Assembly (NCBI GenBank): GCA_016845365.1
Contig: JAERST010000005.1
Coordinates: forward strand, 12,846-76,845
Direction of reading: 5' to 3'
Length of the DNA: 64,000 nucleotides
From: Methanobacteriota archaeon
GTDB lineage: Archaea; Thermoplasmatota; Poseidoniia; Poseidoniales; Thalassarchaeaceae
Every line of letters starts with the position of its first letter. Position 1 is the first letter of the stretch. Both the position numbers and the translations under genes were made by a program. Positions 53,892 to 62,103 of this stretch are shown here, in pieces. Under the pieces are notes generated by a model. That model had not been told where the DNA came from, made no database searches, and saw nothing but the letters and a program-made list of their open reading frames with translations.

Positions 53892-54920
53892 ATGACCGGC
53901 ATGGGCGGGCTACGCATGGACGAGGGTGACCCCTTCGTTGTCGGGCCGGAGACCATGGGTGAGGCGGACGTTGGCCTGCGCGCGTTTTGGTACCGACCGA
54001 TGTTCGACCGAGGTGCTGCGGAGCCTCATGTCGACCTCGATTGGGGTATCCACTGCAATGCCGATGCCTTGGCTGAACAGGCTGCGGTAATCGCCAATCG
54101 GATGAATGCGGATGGCATGGAAGATGCTGAAATGTTGGCTCTTGACCTCGCCTTCATTTTCGGTTTTGACCACGAATACTTTCACCACCGAGTCGACTCT
54201 GGAATGACCTCTCACGTGCTCCGAGTTCATGCCCAAACAGGCTTGCTGCCTAACGGTTTTGGAGATTATGATGAGTTCCATGATTCGATTTCGACGCGTC
54301 GCGAAGGTCCGGATTGGTGGTTGCTAACCGAAGAGACGCTCGCCAATGCTCACATCGCCATGGACCCTACTCGCTTGGGAGGTCTGAAGGATGCTTTCAT
54401 CGAGCACGGTCTGCTTCCCGAACCCGGCGACCGTGCTCGCGGACCATTTGCTGCTTGGAGGCATGTTGCAGCTGACCCGTGGATATTCAGTTGCCTCTCT
54501 CATCACACTTGGCTGCAATTGCTGACAGGCGAACTCGACCCATTGGGTGTGATGGGGACAATTGAGGCAATTGTGCACGAGGGCGGACTCGATGCGGGTT
54601 ACGAAGCCCTCGTCGATACCATCGTCGATGCTTGCGAAGCTCCCGTCGACGAGGATGCTATTCCCGACCGAGTGCTCGGTCGGGGCGGTTCTGAACATCT
54701 TTTCGCGATGGGTGGCATTCCGGATGGAATGCTGCGCCGACTTGAGGTGCCGATGCACTTTCACGGCGGCGAAGGAGGACGAATGGCGGAGCGATTCGGC
54801 CCAGATAATCCAGATTGGCCCTATGCGATTATCGAGAATTTGTACGACCGATTAGGACGTTATGATGACGGTCCAATCGACCCATGGGGTGCTGATGATC
54901 CATTCACGCCGCTCGCTTAA
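53892..54920 (+). CDS. hypothetical protein with HExxH motif
   Basis: 342-aa frame from ATG 53892 (ATGs at 53901 and 53916 are alternatives). The motif context is LAFIFGFDHEYFHHRVD. No family recognised. The upstream 119 codons of ORF 53535.. are antisense to the NFACT gene and were discarded. Confidence 0.55.
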   Translation: MTGMGGLRMDEGDPFVVGPETMGEADVGLRAFWYRPMFDRGAAEPHVDLDWGIHCNADALAEQAAVIANRMNADGMEDAEMLALDLAFIFGFDHEYFHHRVDSGMTSHVLRVHAQTGLLPNGFGDYDEFHDSISTRREGPDWWLLTEETLANAHIAMDPTRLGGLKDAFIEHGLLPEPGDRARGPFAAWRHVAADPWIFSCLSHHTWLQLLTGELDPLGVMGTIEAIVHEGGLDAGYEALVDTIVDACEAPVDEDAIPDRVLGRGGSEHLFAMGGIPDGMLRRLEVPMHFHGGEGGRMAERFGPDNPDWPYAIIENLYDRLGRYDDGPIDPWGADDPFTPLA

Positions 54921-54925
54921 TCGAA

Positions 54926-55780
54926 TCATTCAGCGTCGTCAACAAAGCCCTCGATAATCGGCAGAGCCTCTGCCTCGTGAACGAATTGATTACTCTCGAC
55001 CTCGATGAGCGTACAATCCGGAATCGCCCCGCTCAAAGTGCCCGCATCCGAATGGTCGTGAAGGGTATCTGAGGATGCGCGCAAGACGCCCACAGGCGTC
55101 GAAACATGAGCAAAATCGAGGTTCATCCGATAATTCTTGAAGACGTTTGAACAAAGGCGCAGTCTATCGATTGGAGCAGCCAAAAGGGTGCGGCGATAGC
55201 GGATTCGCTGACCCTCTTCCTCAAGCCGCCTATCGAGATACCAAATGATGAATCGAACCAGCCCAGCGTACAGGAATAGCGGGGCTGGAATCAGCGGCTT
55301 GGACCACCAAGGTGCAGCGAAAGCGAGATTCGGCGAAAGCACGACGAGCCTTCGCGGAACCAGAGTTTGTTCTCTCAAAGTTTCAAGCAATAATGTCGCG
55401 CCGAGCGATGCGCCAAAGGCGTCACACTCGGCCGCATCAATCTCTAATTTTTCAAGCACTTTTGGTAAGTCGGCGGCGATCGCAGACATCTGAAAAGTCG
55501 CCTTCGTAACCGGCCCATCGATTCGACAACAACCCTTCTCGCGCGTATCGATGTAAACGATGGGCCGCAATTTAACCCATTCAGCCATTATTGGGAACCA
55601 GCCATCGGGCACAGAGTTCCAGCCAGGGACCATGATGAGGGTGCGGTTTTGGCGGTTTTCGGGCGAATTTGGGGTGTAGAGCAGCACACGGATGTGGATG
55701 CCGGGTTCGGTCTCGATGCTGAGTCGTTGGACGCTTGAGCCCTCAAATTCGGGGGTCGTTTGCCACAATTCGATGCCCAT
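54926..55780 (-). CDS. alpha/beta-fold hydrolase
   Basis: LIMVPGWNS (oxyanion region) and nucleophile elbow FGASLGA. ATG 55780 lies 2 nt after the upstream stop (55783-55785). Confidence 0.7.
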   Translation of the reverse strand: MGIELWQTTPEFEGSSVQRLSIETEPGIHIRVLLYTPNSPENRQNRTLIMVPGWNSVPDGWFPIMAEWVKLRPIVYIDTREKGCCRIDGPVTKATFQMSAIAADLPKVLEKLEIDAAECDAFGASLGATLLLETLREQTLVPRRLVVLSPNLAFAAPWWSKPLIPAPLFLYAGLVRFIIWYLDRRLEEEGQRIRYRRTLLAAPIDRLRLCSNVFKNYRMNLDFAHVSTPVGVLRASSDTLHDHSDAGTLSGAIPDCTLIEVESNQFVHEAEALPIIEGFVDDAE

Positions 55781-55782
55781 TC

Positions 55783-57294
55783 TCAGGCCTCCTCTGTCGC
55801 TAACCAAAGCCCATTCGACTCTACAACTTCGCCGGACTGCGCCAGTGCTTTCAGGTGTGAGAGGGTTTGGTCTATCGCCAAGGCTGGGTGTGCCTCGGGG
55901 CTGTCTGCATAGGCTTGGGTGGCGATCGCTTCGAGGCGGGAGTGGCCGCTGCCGACCGCCTCGAGTACGCGTGTGTGGCGCGCCATTCGGTGGTTGAGGT
56001 AGTGATTGAGAAGTTTGGTTGGGTTTGCCACCATCGGGCCGTGACCGGGGAAGAGCAGGGGTGGGTCGAGGTCGCGCAGGCGTTCGAGTCCTGCAAGGTA
56101 GGCATTCATGTCGCCCTCTCCCGATGGTACGAGGATGGTGCCGAATACGGTCGCATTATCGCCGCTGATTATGCCCGCTTCGCTGGCGAGGCAGATGTGT
56201 CCGGGGCAGTGTCCGGGGGTCTCGATTACAGTCCAAGTGACTTCGTCGAGGGTGATTTCGTCGCCCTCGCTCAGAGTGCTATCGGTATCGCATGGTGGGA
56301 TGACTTCGTGAGTTTCTGTACTTGCGAGAATAGGCGCTTGGTACATCGATGAGATGGCGGGGAGATCGCCGATATGGTCGGGGTGTCGGTGGGTGAATAC
56401 TGTGCCGATGATGGTGCTTCCCGTCGTTTGAATTTCGGCGACTTTTGCTGCGAGAATCTCGAGGGCTTCCGCTGACTTTGCTGCAGGGTCGACGAGAATT
56501 CGAGGGCCGCCGGCTTGGCCGAGGACGTAGCAATTGGTATGGGTTGCCGGCGGCAGTGTTGCAGTTGGAAGTGGAACGCACTCGACGCCGGGCGCGAACT
56601 CGATGATGTGGTAACCGGATGGAGGGTCGGCGGCGAGGGCTTCGAAGCCGTGTTCGACGAGATCGCGGATGAGGGTGACTTGAGGTGGTGGTAATTTGAC
56701 CGAGTGGGCCAGCCAAGCATCGAGGAGAGCGGCTGGCTTCCACCAACGGAACTCATCAAATTCCGAGCGTCCGTTGGGCAGGGTTGGCTCGATTTGGGAT
56801 TCGCCCAAATCGATGTGATAGAAGCGATTGGCGAAGCGCACCGGAGCAAGTGGTGGTGTGGTGCGCTCGGTGATTAAATCAGTCGAAAAACCGCTAACTG
56901 CAAGGCTGCCGGCTGCAGCGAGTCGAGCCCAAGCAGCCTTGTCGGAATTGACTTCATCTCGCAGGTCTACAGCAACTTGCAGGAACCCGCCCGAACCATC
57001 TGGAGCGATGCCGGCCTCCTCAACCATCTCGCGCAGAAGAGCAATGACTGAGATTCGATCATCACGCTCGGAAAACCACTCAGGATTCGCTTCGGCGGCG
57101 GCGCGGTCAACCCGACTCACCCCGCCGCCGGAAAATGCCCAGAAATCAGGAAAAGCCGGAACCTCAGAAACGCGGTGGCAGAGCAGAATCTCAAGCGATT
57201 CACCCACGCCACGGCTGAGTACAACCGCAGCCGAAGGGCGAGGCTTTGCCACCGAGCCAGCAGGCAATTCGACTCCCTCTGGCAACTCCGCCAT
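55783..57294 (-). CDS. Nudix-like domain fused to metallo-beta-lactamase-fold hydrolase
   Basis: N-terminal AAVVLSR...LLCHR...FSGGG...(insertion)...REMVEEAGI is the second half of the Nudix box, RE-U-x-EE-x-G-U. The C-terminal MBL signature is THRHPDHIGD, with later GHCPGH and FPGHG. Confidence 0.75.
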   Translation of the reverse strand: MAELPEGVELPAGSVAKPRPSAAVVLSRGVGESLEILLCHRVSEVPAFPDFWAFSGGGVSRVDRAAAEANPEWFSERDDRISVIALLREMVEEAGIAPDGSGGFLQVAVDLRDEVNSDKAAWARLAAAGSLAVSGFSTDLITERTTPPLAPVRFANRFYHIDLGESQIEPTLPNGRSEFDEFRWWKPAALLDAWLAHSVKLPPPQVTLIRDLVEHGFEALAADPPSGYHIIEFAPGVECVPLPTATLPPATHTNCYVLGQAGGPRILVDPAAKSAEALEILAAKVAEIQTTGSTIIGTVFTHRHPDHIGDLPAISSMYQAPILASTETHEVIPPCDTDSTLSEGDEITLDEVTWTVIETPGHCPGHICLASEAGIISGDNATVFGTILVPSGEGDMNAYLAGLERLRDLDPPLLFPGHGPMVANPTKLLNHYLNHRMARHTRVLEAVGSGHSRLEAIATQAYADSPEAHPALAIDQTLSHLKALAQSGEVVESNGLWLATEEA

Positions 57295-57379
57295 GCTGCA
57301 AGGATGGAGTCCAAGCCTTCAATCCAGCCCCGAACATCATCTTCGGCAAACTCAAGTTCCACCACAATCAGCCCCTGCC

Positions 57380-58240
57380 ATGCCGCCCGCCTACGAGACC
57401 ATCACCATCGGTCACACGAACGTAGCCACAGGCGAGCGCGAGCATGAGATCGAAATGCCAAGGTTCGGCCTCGGCGTGTGGCAAATGTCCGAAGGCGGAG
57501 AATGCAAAACAGCCGTCGAGCACGCAATTAAGTCAGGCTATCGTCTAATCGATACAGCCCGTTCATACGCCAATGAAACCGAGACAGGCGCAGCCATCCG
57601 AGAAAGCGGAATCCCACGCGAAGAAATCTTCGTTGTGACCAAGCTGCGCCGCCCGCACGCAACAAGTTACGAGGCTGCACTTGAACACTGCCAAAGCAGC
57701 CTCGAGATGCTCGGACTCGAGCAACTAGACCTCTATCTCGTCCACGCGCCGCCAGAAGATATCGCTGCCCGCCCGGGGGTGTGGAAGGGTATGGAGGAGT
57801 GTCTTGCGAGAGGTTGGACAAGAGCCATCGGAGTGAGCAATTACGGTGCCCATCATTTGGACGATATGCGAGCCTATGCGACGATTCTGCCAGCGGTCAA
57901 CCAGGTCGAACTCCACCCGTGGAACCAACGCCCTGCCCTACGCGCAGCCACCCGAGCCTCCGGTGCCCAAATCATGGCTTACTCGCCCCTGGCCCGCGGA
58001 CAAAAAGTGGGCTGCGGCAGCCTTGCTGGTATCGCCGAATCCATCGGTTGTACTCCGGCTCAAGCAGCCATCAAATGGGTGTATGATACGGGAGCGATTA
58101 CTATTCCGAAGTCGAGCAATCCGGGAAGAATTGAGGAGAATTTCGCCAGCCTCGACATCGACCTTTCTGGAAGTGAAGATTCGTTTAATGCGATGGAGGA
58201 AGCCTATGTCTCTGGATGGAATCCAACTGCTGAACCTTGA
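57380..58240 (+). CDS. aldo/keto reductase (DkgA-like)
   Basis: MPRFGLGVWQ, LIDTARSYANE (Asp/Tyr), VTKL (Lys), LDLYLVHAP (His), IPKSSNPGRIEEN. Start ATG 57380. The long upstream part of ORF 56828.. is antisense to the Nudix-MBL gene. Confidence 0.85.
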   Translation: MPPAYETITIGHTNVATGEREHEIEMPRFGLGVWQMSEGGECKTAVEHAIKSGYRLIDTARSYANETETGAAIRESGIPREEIFVVTKLRRPHATSYEAALEHCQSSLEMLGLEQLDLYLVHAPPEDIAARPGVWKGMEECLARGWTRAIGVSNYGAHHLDDMRAYATILPAVNQVELHPWNQRPALRAATRASGAQIMAYSPLARGQKVGCGSLAGIAESIGCTPAQAAIKWVYDTGAITIPKSSNPGRIEENFASLDIDLSGSEDSFNAMEEAYVSGWNPTAEP

Positions 58241-58282
58241 GAGATTGCAGAGAGTTGTGGTTGGGAATAATGGGTGATTTCG

Positions 58283-58480
58283 ATGAGTGAGAACGGCCCG
58301 CGTGACCCCGAGACAATTGAGGAGGAGTTGGCTCTATTCGCGGAAGCGATTGAAGCGGGTATTGACCCATTTCCCGAGCAGAAGAAGCCGACTCCGTGGG
58401 CAAAATACGCTACTGCATGGTTCATGATTATCCTGATGCTTTCCTTCGCCTCGAAAATTCTCAATCGCGCGCTTCCCTAA
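58283..58480 (+). CDS. possible small tail-anchored membrane protein (65 aa)
   Basis: Acidic N-terminus, then a single C-terminal TM (YATAWFMIILMLSFASKIL). Codon usage looks gene-like. No homology recognised. Confidence 0.35.
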   Translation: MSENGPRDPETIEEELALFAEAIEAGIDPFPEQKKPTPWAKYATAWFMIILMLSFASKILNRALP

Positions 58481-58532
58481 GTGAATTGATTTCACGCGCG
58501 AAGATTATAGGATAACAAGGCCTCTGAAATCC

Positions 58533-58916
58533 ATGGAAAGTAGTGAAGGAGGTCTTACCCTCGAATTGGTTTTCAAGATAAGTGCAGTATTTTTGTTGAT
58601 AGGGGGGCTTACAGCCCTGTTTATGCCCCAATTCTGGTTTGACCCAATCGGTTGGGAAATGACAGACGAATTGGAGAACATGGCTAGCTGGATGGGCCTC
58701 ACATTTGTGATGGTCGCGATTCTTCAGTGGAAGATAGTCGATTGGGGCGGAGACAATCTGTCTCAATTCGGGATGTACATGGCAATCTGGTATGCCGTTT
58801 TCCTCGCAGGCAATATCTACGAGGTCGCAACCGGACTCCACGAAGCCGGTGATGTGATGGCCAACATCGTGCCTAACGCAGCCTTCGCGGGACTATTCTT
58901 CTGGAAGTCCCGTTGA
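58533..58916 (+). CDS. hypothetical 4-TM membrane protein
   Basis: 127 aa with four hydrophobic segments (VFKISAVFLLIGGLTALF, MASWMGLTFVMVAIL, FGMYMAIWYAVFLAGNI, IVPNAAFAGLFFW). Confidence 0.5.
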   Translation: MESSEGGLTLELVFKISAVFLLIGGLTALFMPQFWFDPIGWEMTDELENMASWMGLTFVMVAILQWKIVDWGGDNLSQFGMYMAIWYAVFLAGNIYEVATGLHEAGDVMANIVPNAAFAGLFFWKSR

Positions 58917-58974
58917 TTCGGTATTCCGATGAAATTCGCAAACGCCGATTAGCGATAGCTCTCGGCCGTGTTAG

Positions 58975-60710
58975 TTCGAGTGCCTTCTGAGCATGACCTT
59001 ACATGGAAATAATGAAAAGGAATTTTATTGTGGATTTGATTGAAGGAATGATTGATGAAGAAGTTAGTAATTGGCTGGTTGTTGAGAATAATTTCCTTGC
59101 CGCTATTTCTTCTATGGATTTATTCAGCAATCACTGAAGATATATTCTTCTCGATCAAGACTTTTTTTCTCCCAGTCATCTGCGCATTGATAGTCAGTAA
59201 TGTATTGATATCCAAGTCAAATTTTGTTACCCAGCAAGGTCAGATAAGAGACATCGATGCGTTCGCTTCTGTAGCCCTCGGTTGGCCGGCAATAATCTTC
59301 TTTGGTTCTCTACCGTATTGGTTTGGAGGAACATTCTACGGACCTTCAGAATTCGCATTTAACATCGAATCTTTGGATGATTTATTTCACGGTTTTCTTT
59401 ACTCAATTTTTGAATCAGTCTCAGGCTTCACTACGACAGGTGCTACAGTAATTGATTGGAATACTAGTCCGATTTGTTCTCAATTTGTAGAAGATTGTAT
59501 TGCATCTCAGCCCAGAAGTATTCTTCTCTGGAGAAGTCTTACTCAATGGCTTGGTGGAATGGGAGTAATTATGCTCGGCATTTTACTGATTTCAAATATT
59601 TTAGGAACTTCCTCAGCATTTGCCAGAGCAGAATTGACAGGTCCCACTATGTCGATGATGGGTACAAATTTACAATCGACAGCACGACGTCTTTGGATAA
59701 TTTATTTCACACTAACAATTCTCGAAATTGTAGCATTGAAATTCATAGGTCATTTGCCATTGTTTGATTCGGTAAATTATGCTTTAACGACGCTCCCAAC
59801 AGGAGGGTTTGGTGTGTCAGATGGAGGAGTAATGGATATTGAATCCAGTGTGGTTCGCATAACCTTGGCTCTGTTCATGGTTCTTGCGGGAGTTAATTTT
59901 AGCTTATACTACATTTTCGCTCAAGGTAAGTTCTCTGACATAGTTAAGGATGAAGAACTTCGAATGTATTTTTCAATCCTAATTCTATCTACACTTACAA
60001 TTGCACTTAACATATTGATTTTTGAAAGAGGTGGATTTTTACAGGGTCTGAGGGAAATATTGACTCTCCACGGATTGGAGACTATCGATCAAGCATTTTT
60101 CCAAGCGACTTCAATCGGAACCTCTACAGGATATGCGAGTACAGATTTTTCTGCTTGGCCAGTCTATTCCCAACTGGTATTGATACTTCTTATGGTTGTA
60201 GGAGCTTGTGCAGGATCAACTGGTGGAGGGATAAAAGTTCTCAGAGTGAAAATTTCATTGGAATTGATAAATAAAGAGATTAAGAAATTTCTGTCTCCGA
60301 GAAAGGTTTTTGCAATCCGAATTAATGATGAAGTAATTCAAGAAAACAGAGTTTGGCTTGTTTTGGGTATGATTAGTTCGTGGTTTGTTTTGGCCACTTT
60401 TTCTGTATTAATCCTAGCATTGGTGCATCCCGATTGGACTCTTGAAACAGTAGTCTCTGTGGTCTTTTCTTCTCTTGGTAATACAGGCCCTGCATTAGGG
60501 CAGTATGGCCCCACCCAAACTTGGTCCGGAATTGGAGATTTCAGCATGATATGGACTATGATGCTGATGTGGATTGGTAGATTGGAAATTCTGACTGTTC
60601 TAGTTTTGATTCATCCTAAAACTTGGATTGGTTGATCCGGTTTTCAAAAATATTGACATCTTTCCCGCCGATTCAAATTATTTGGCATTAGGTATGAAAT
60701 CGATTGAAAT
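58975..60710. other. AT-rich compositional islet carrying trkH
   Basis: 60-nt spot counts are 33% G+C at 59101-59160 and at 60001-60060, against 60% at 57601-57660. Islet bounds are approximate. It is bracketed by CTCGGCCGTGT at 58961-58971 and 60787-60797. Confidence 0.6.
59055..60635 (+). CDS. trkH: TrkH/KtrB-family potassium transporter membrane subunit
   Basis: Four pore-loop glycine motifs (GFTTTGATV, TGGFGVSDG, IGTSTGYAS, LGNTGPALG) in a multi-TM protein of 526 aa. ATG 59055 chosen because the ORF-track start 59052 is TTG. Confidence 0.85.
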   Translation: MKKLVIGWLLRIISLPLFLLWIYSAITEDIFFSIKTFFLPVICALIVSNVLISKSNFVTQQGQIRDIDAFASVALGWPAIIFFGSLPYWFGGTFYGPSEFAFNIESLDDLFHGFLYSIFESVSGFTTTGATVIDWNTSPICSQFVEDCIASQPRSILLWRSLTQWLGGMGVIMLGILLISNILGTSSAFARAELTGPTMSMMGTNLQSTARRLWIIYFTLTILEIVALKFIGHLPLFDSVNYALTTLPTGGFGVSDGGVMDIESSVVRITLALFMVLAGVNFSLYYIFAQGKFSDIVKDEELRMYFSILILSTLTIALNILIFERGGFLQGLREILTLHGLETIDQAFFQATSIGTSTGYASTDFSAWPVYSQLVLILLMVVGACAGSTGGGIKVLRVKISLELINKEIKKFLSPRKVFAIRINDEVIQENRVWLVLGMISSWFVLATFSVLILALVHPDWTLETVVSVVFSSLGNTGPALGQYGPTQTWSGIGDFSMIWTMMLMWIGRLEILTVLVLIHPKTWIG

Positions 60711-60714
60711 TGAG

Positions 60715-60823
60715 CTCGACCGCGTTCTCTATGCGGCTAAGCGAGAGTGGATTCAGTCGCCGACGGAGTCGGCTCAATTGAGCGTCCTCGGCCGTGTGAG
60801 GCCGAGCCGAGAACGTGGTCGAG
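60715..60823 (+). other. 109-nt hairpin-rich element closed by a 15-bp helix (candidate structured RNA or MITE-like element)
   Basis: CTCGACCGCGTTCTC (60715-60729) pairs with GAGAACGTGGTCGAG (60809-60823). That gives 14 Watson-Crick pairs plus one position that is G-U on the plus-strand RNA but C-A on the minus. Inner hairpins are GCCGAC-GGA-GTCGGC (60759-60773) and CTCGGCC-GTGTGA-GGCCGAG (60787-60806). Confidence 0.35.
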
Positions 60824-60824
60824 A

Positions 60825-60843
60825 AGTGGTAGTCCCTCCCGGA
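60825..60843 (-). repeat. 19-nt duplicate of the tRNA-Gln 3' end (att-like remnant)
   Basis: AGTGGTAGTCCCTCCCGGA at 60825-60843 is identical to 60920-60938. That segment covers one flanking nt, the CCA, the discriminator, the 3' acceptor strand and the 3' T-stem of the tRNA-Gln gene. Confidence 0.8.
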
Positions 60844-60921
60844 CCCGTAGGCTGGACCGGTTATGTTCAAATTCAATCTAGGGAAGCCGAGGGTCAGAGG
60901 GACGAGGTAGTTCGAAAGTAG

Positions 60922-60997
60922 TGGTAGTCCCTCCCGGATTCGAACCAGGGTCATGGCATCCAGAGTGCCATATGATGGACCACTACACCAAGGGACT
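60922..60997 (-). tRNA. tRNA-Gln (CUG), CCA encoded
   Basis: Hand-folded cloverleaf. Acceptor is AGTCCCT/AGGGACT. Anticodon arm is TGGCA-CTCTGGA-TGCCA (U33, anticodon CTG). T arm is CCTGG-TTCGAAT-CCGGG. The D loop has GG. 73 nt plus CCA. Confidence 0.9.
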
Positions 60998-61065
60998 AGC
61001 GACCCGCCGAGTCGGGTCGCATATTTCAACGGAACCGATTGACCAACCGTCTGTGCGGGTCCGAT

Positions 61066-62103
61066 TCAAGCGCGGAATGAGTGATTGAGGTCAGCCAGCG
61101 CTTGCTCGCTCGGTCGAAGTTCAGACTCAGTCAGATCGACCAGCGGAGTCGCAGTCAGCCCGAGCGCTTCGTCAGCGGACTTCATCTTAGCATTGTAATG
61201 CAGAAGTCCGGTCACGTGCTTTTCGCTCGCCTCAGCCTCATGAATAGCCGCGAGCGCTGCCACAGCATCGCTCGGGTCATGGTCTGCCCCAAGCGTAGCC
61301 AAGCGCAGAGTCGAGCCATCGAAGAGCTCGATATCCTGATATTCGCCCTCTGGAATCTCGACCTCTTCGAGCGGTGTGAAGTGAGGGATGTAATCCACGG
61401 TGTGCAACACCTCGTCGTTCGCCTTGACATAATTGTAAGAGCGGTACGACTCGTCGTTGTTAGCAAAAGTAACGCATGGTGAAATGACATCGATGACAGC
61501 CATTCCCTTGTGCGAGAGAGCGGCGCGCAGGAGGGCGGAGAGTTGTTTCTTTGAGCCGGAGAAAGAGCGTGCCACAAAGCCGCATCCGAGATTAATTGCC
61601 ATCTTGCAAAGGTCGATTGGAGGGTTTTCGTTGGTCGCCCCCTTCTTCTTCTTCGAGCCCTTCTCGACGGTTGCCGAGTACTGCCCCTTGGTCAGTCCGT
61701 AGACTCCGTTATTCTCGATGATGTAGACCATGTTCAGATTGCGCCTAATCGCGTGCACAAACTGCCCAATGCCGATTGATGCTGTGTCTCCGTCGCCGGA
61801 AACTCCGAGGAAAACAAGGTCCTTGTTGACCATGTTAGCGCCTGTCGTCACCGACGGCATCCTTCCGTGGACTGTGTTGAATCCGTGTGACTTCCCGAGG
61901 AAGTATGCCGGCGTCTTCGATGAACAGCCGATTCCCGACATCTTGGCGATGGTCTCGGGAGCGATTCCGTTCTCCCACGCCGCTTGGATAATGACGTTGG
62001 AAATTTGGTCGTGGCCACAGCCCGGGCAAAGCGAGGACTTGCCGCCTGTGTAGTCTGCCTTTGGCAGGTCGATGACGTTGAGTTGGATTGGACGCATGCT
62101 CAT
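61066..62103 (-). CDS. korB: 2-oxoacid:ferredoxin oxidoreductase beta subunit
   Basis: CPGCGH N-terminal block and TPP-binding GVSGDGDTASIG...NNGVYGLTKGQ. The ATG overlaps the alpha-subunit stop as ATGA. Confidence 0.9.
   Translation of the reverse strand: MSMRPIQLNVIDLPKADYTGGKSSLCPGCGHDQISNVIIQAAWENGIAPETIAKMSGIGCSSKTPAYFLGKSHGFNTVHGRMPSVTTGANMVNKDLVFLGVSGDGDTASIGIGQFVHAIRRNLNMVYIIENNGVYGLTKGQYSATVEKGSKKKKGATNENPPIDLCKMAINLGCGFVARSFSGSKKQLSALLRAALSHKGMAVIDVISPCVTFANNDESYRSYNYVKANDEVLHTVDYIPHFTPLEEVEIPEGEYQDIELFDGSTLRLATLGADHDPSDAVAALAAIHEAEASEKHVTGLLHYNAKMKSADEALGLTATPLVDLTESELRPSEQALADLNHSFRA

Noticed and set aside
60830-60904. Second tRNA gene (75 nt, acceptor-like ends CGTCCCT...AGGGACT-A-CCA).
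   Set aside because: I could not form D, anticodon or T arms. Only the ends resemble tRNA-Gln. I treat it as a remnant, not a gene.
60628-60921. 97-aa ORF (+) and 113-aa ORF 60688..61029 (-) in the trkH/tRNA-Gln spacer.
   Set aside because: They are built over hairpins, palindromes, the tRNA 3'-end duplicate and, for the minus ORF, the tRNA-Gln gene itself. No protein similarity was recognised.
60636-60921. SRP RNA or RNase P RNA in the 285-nt non-coding gap.
   Set aside because: The gap is too short, or lacks the conserved motifs I know. I found no GAGGAAAGTCC-type RNase P core and no SRP helix-8 consensus.
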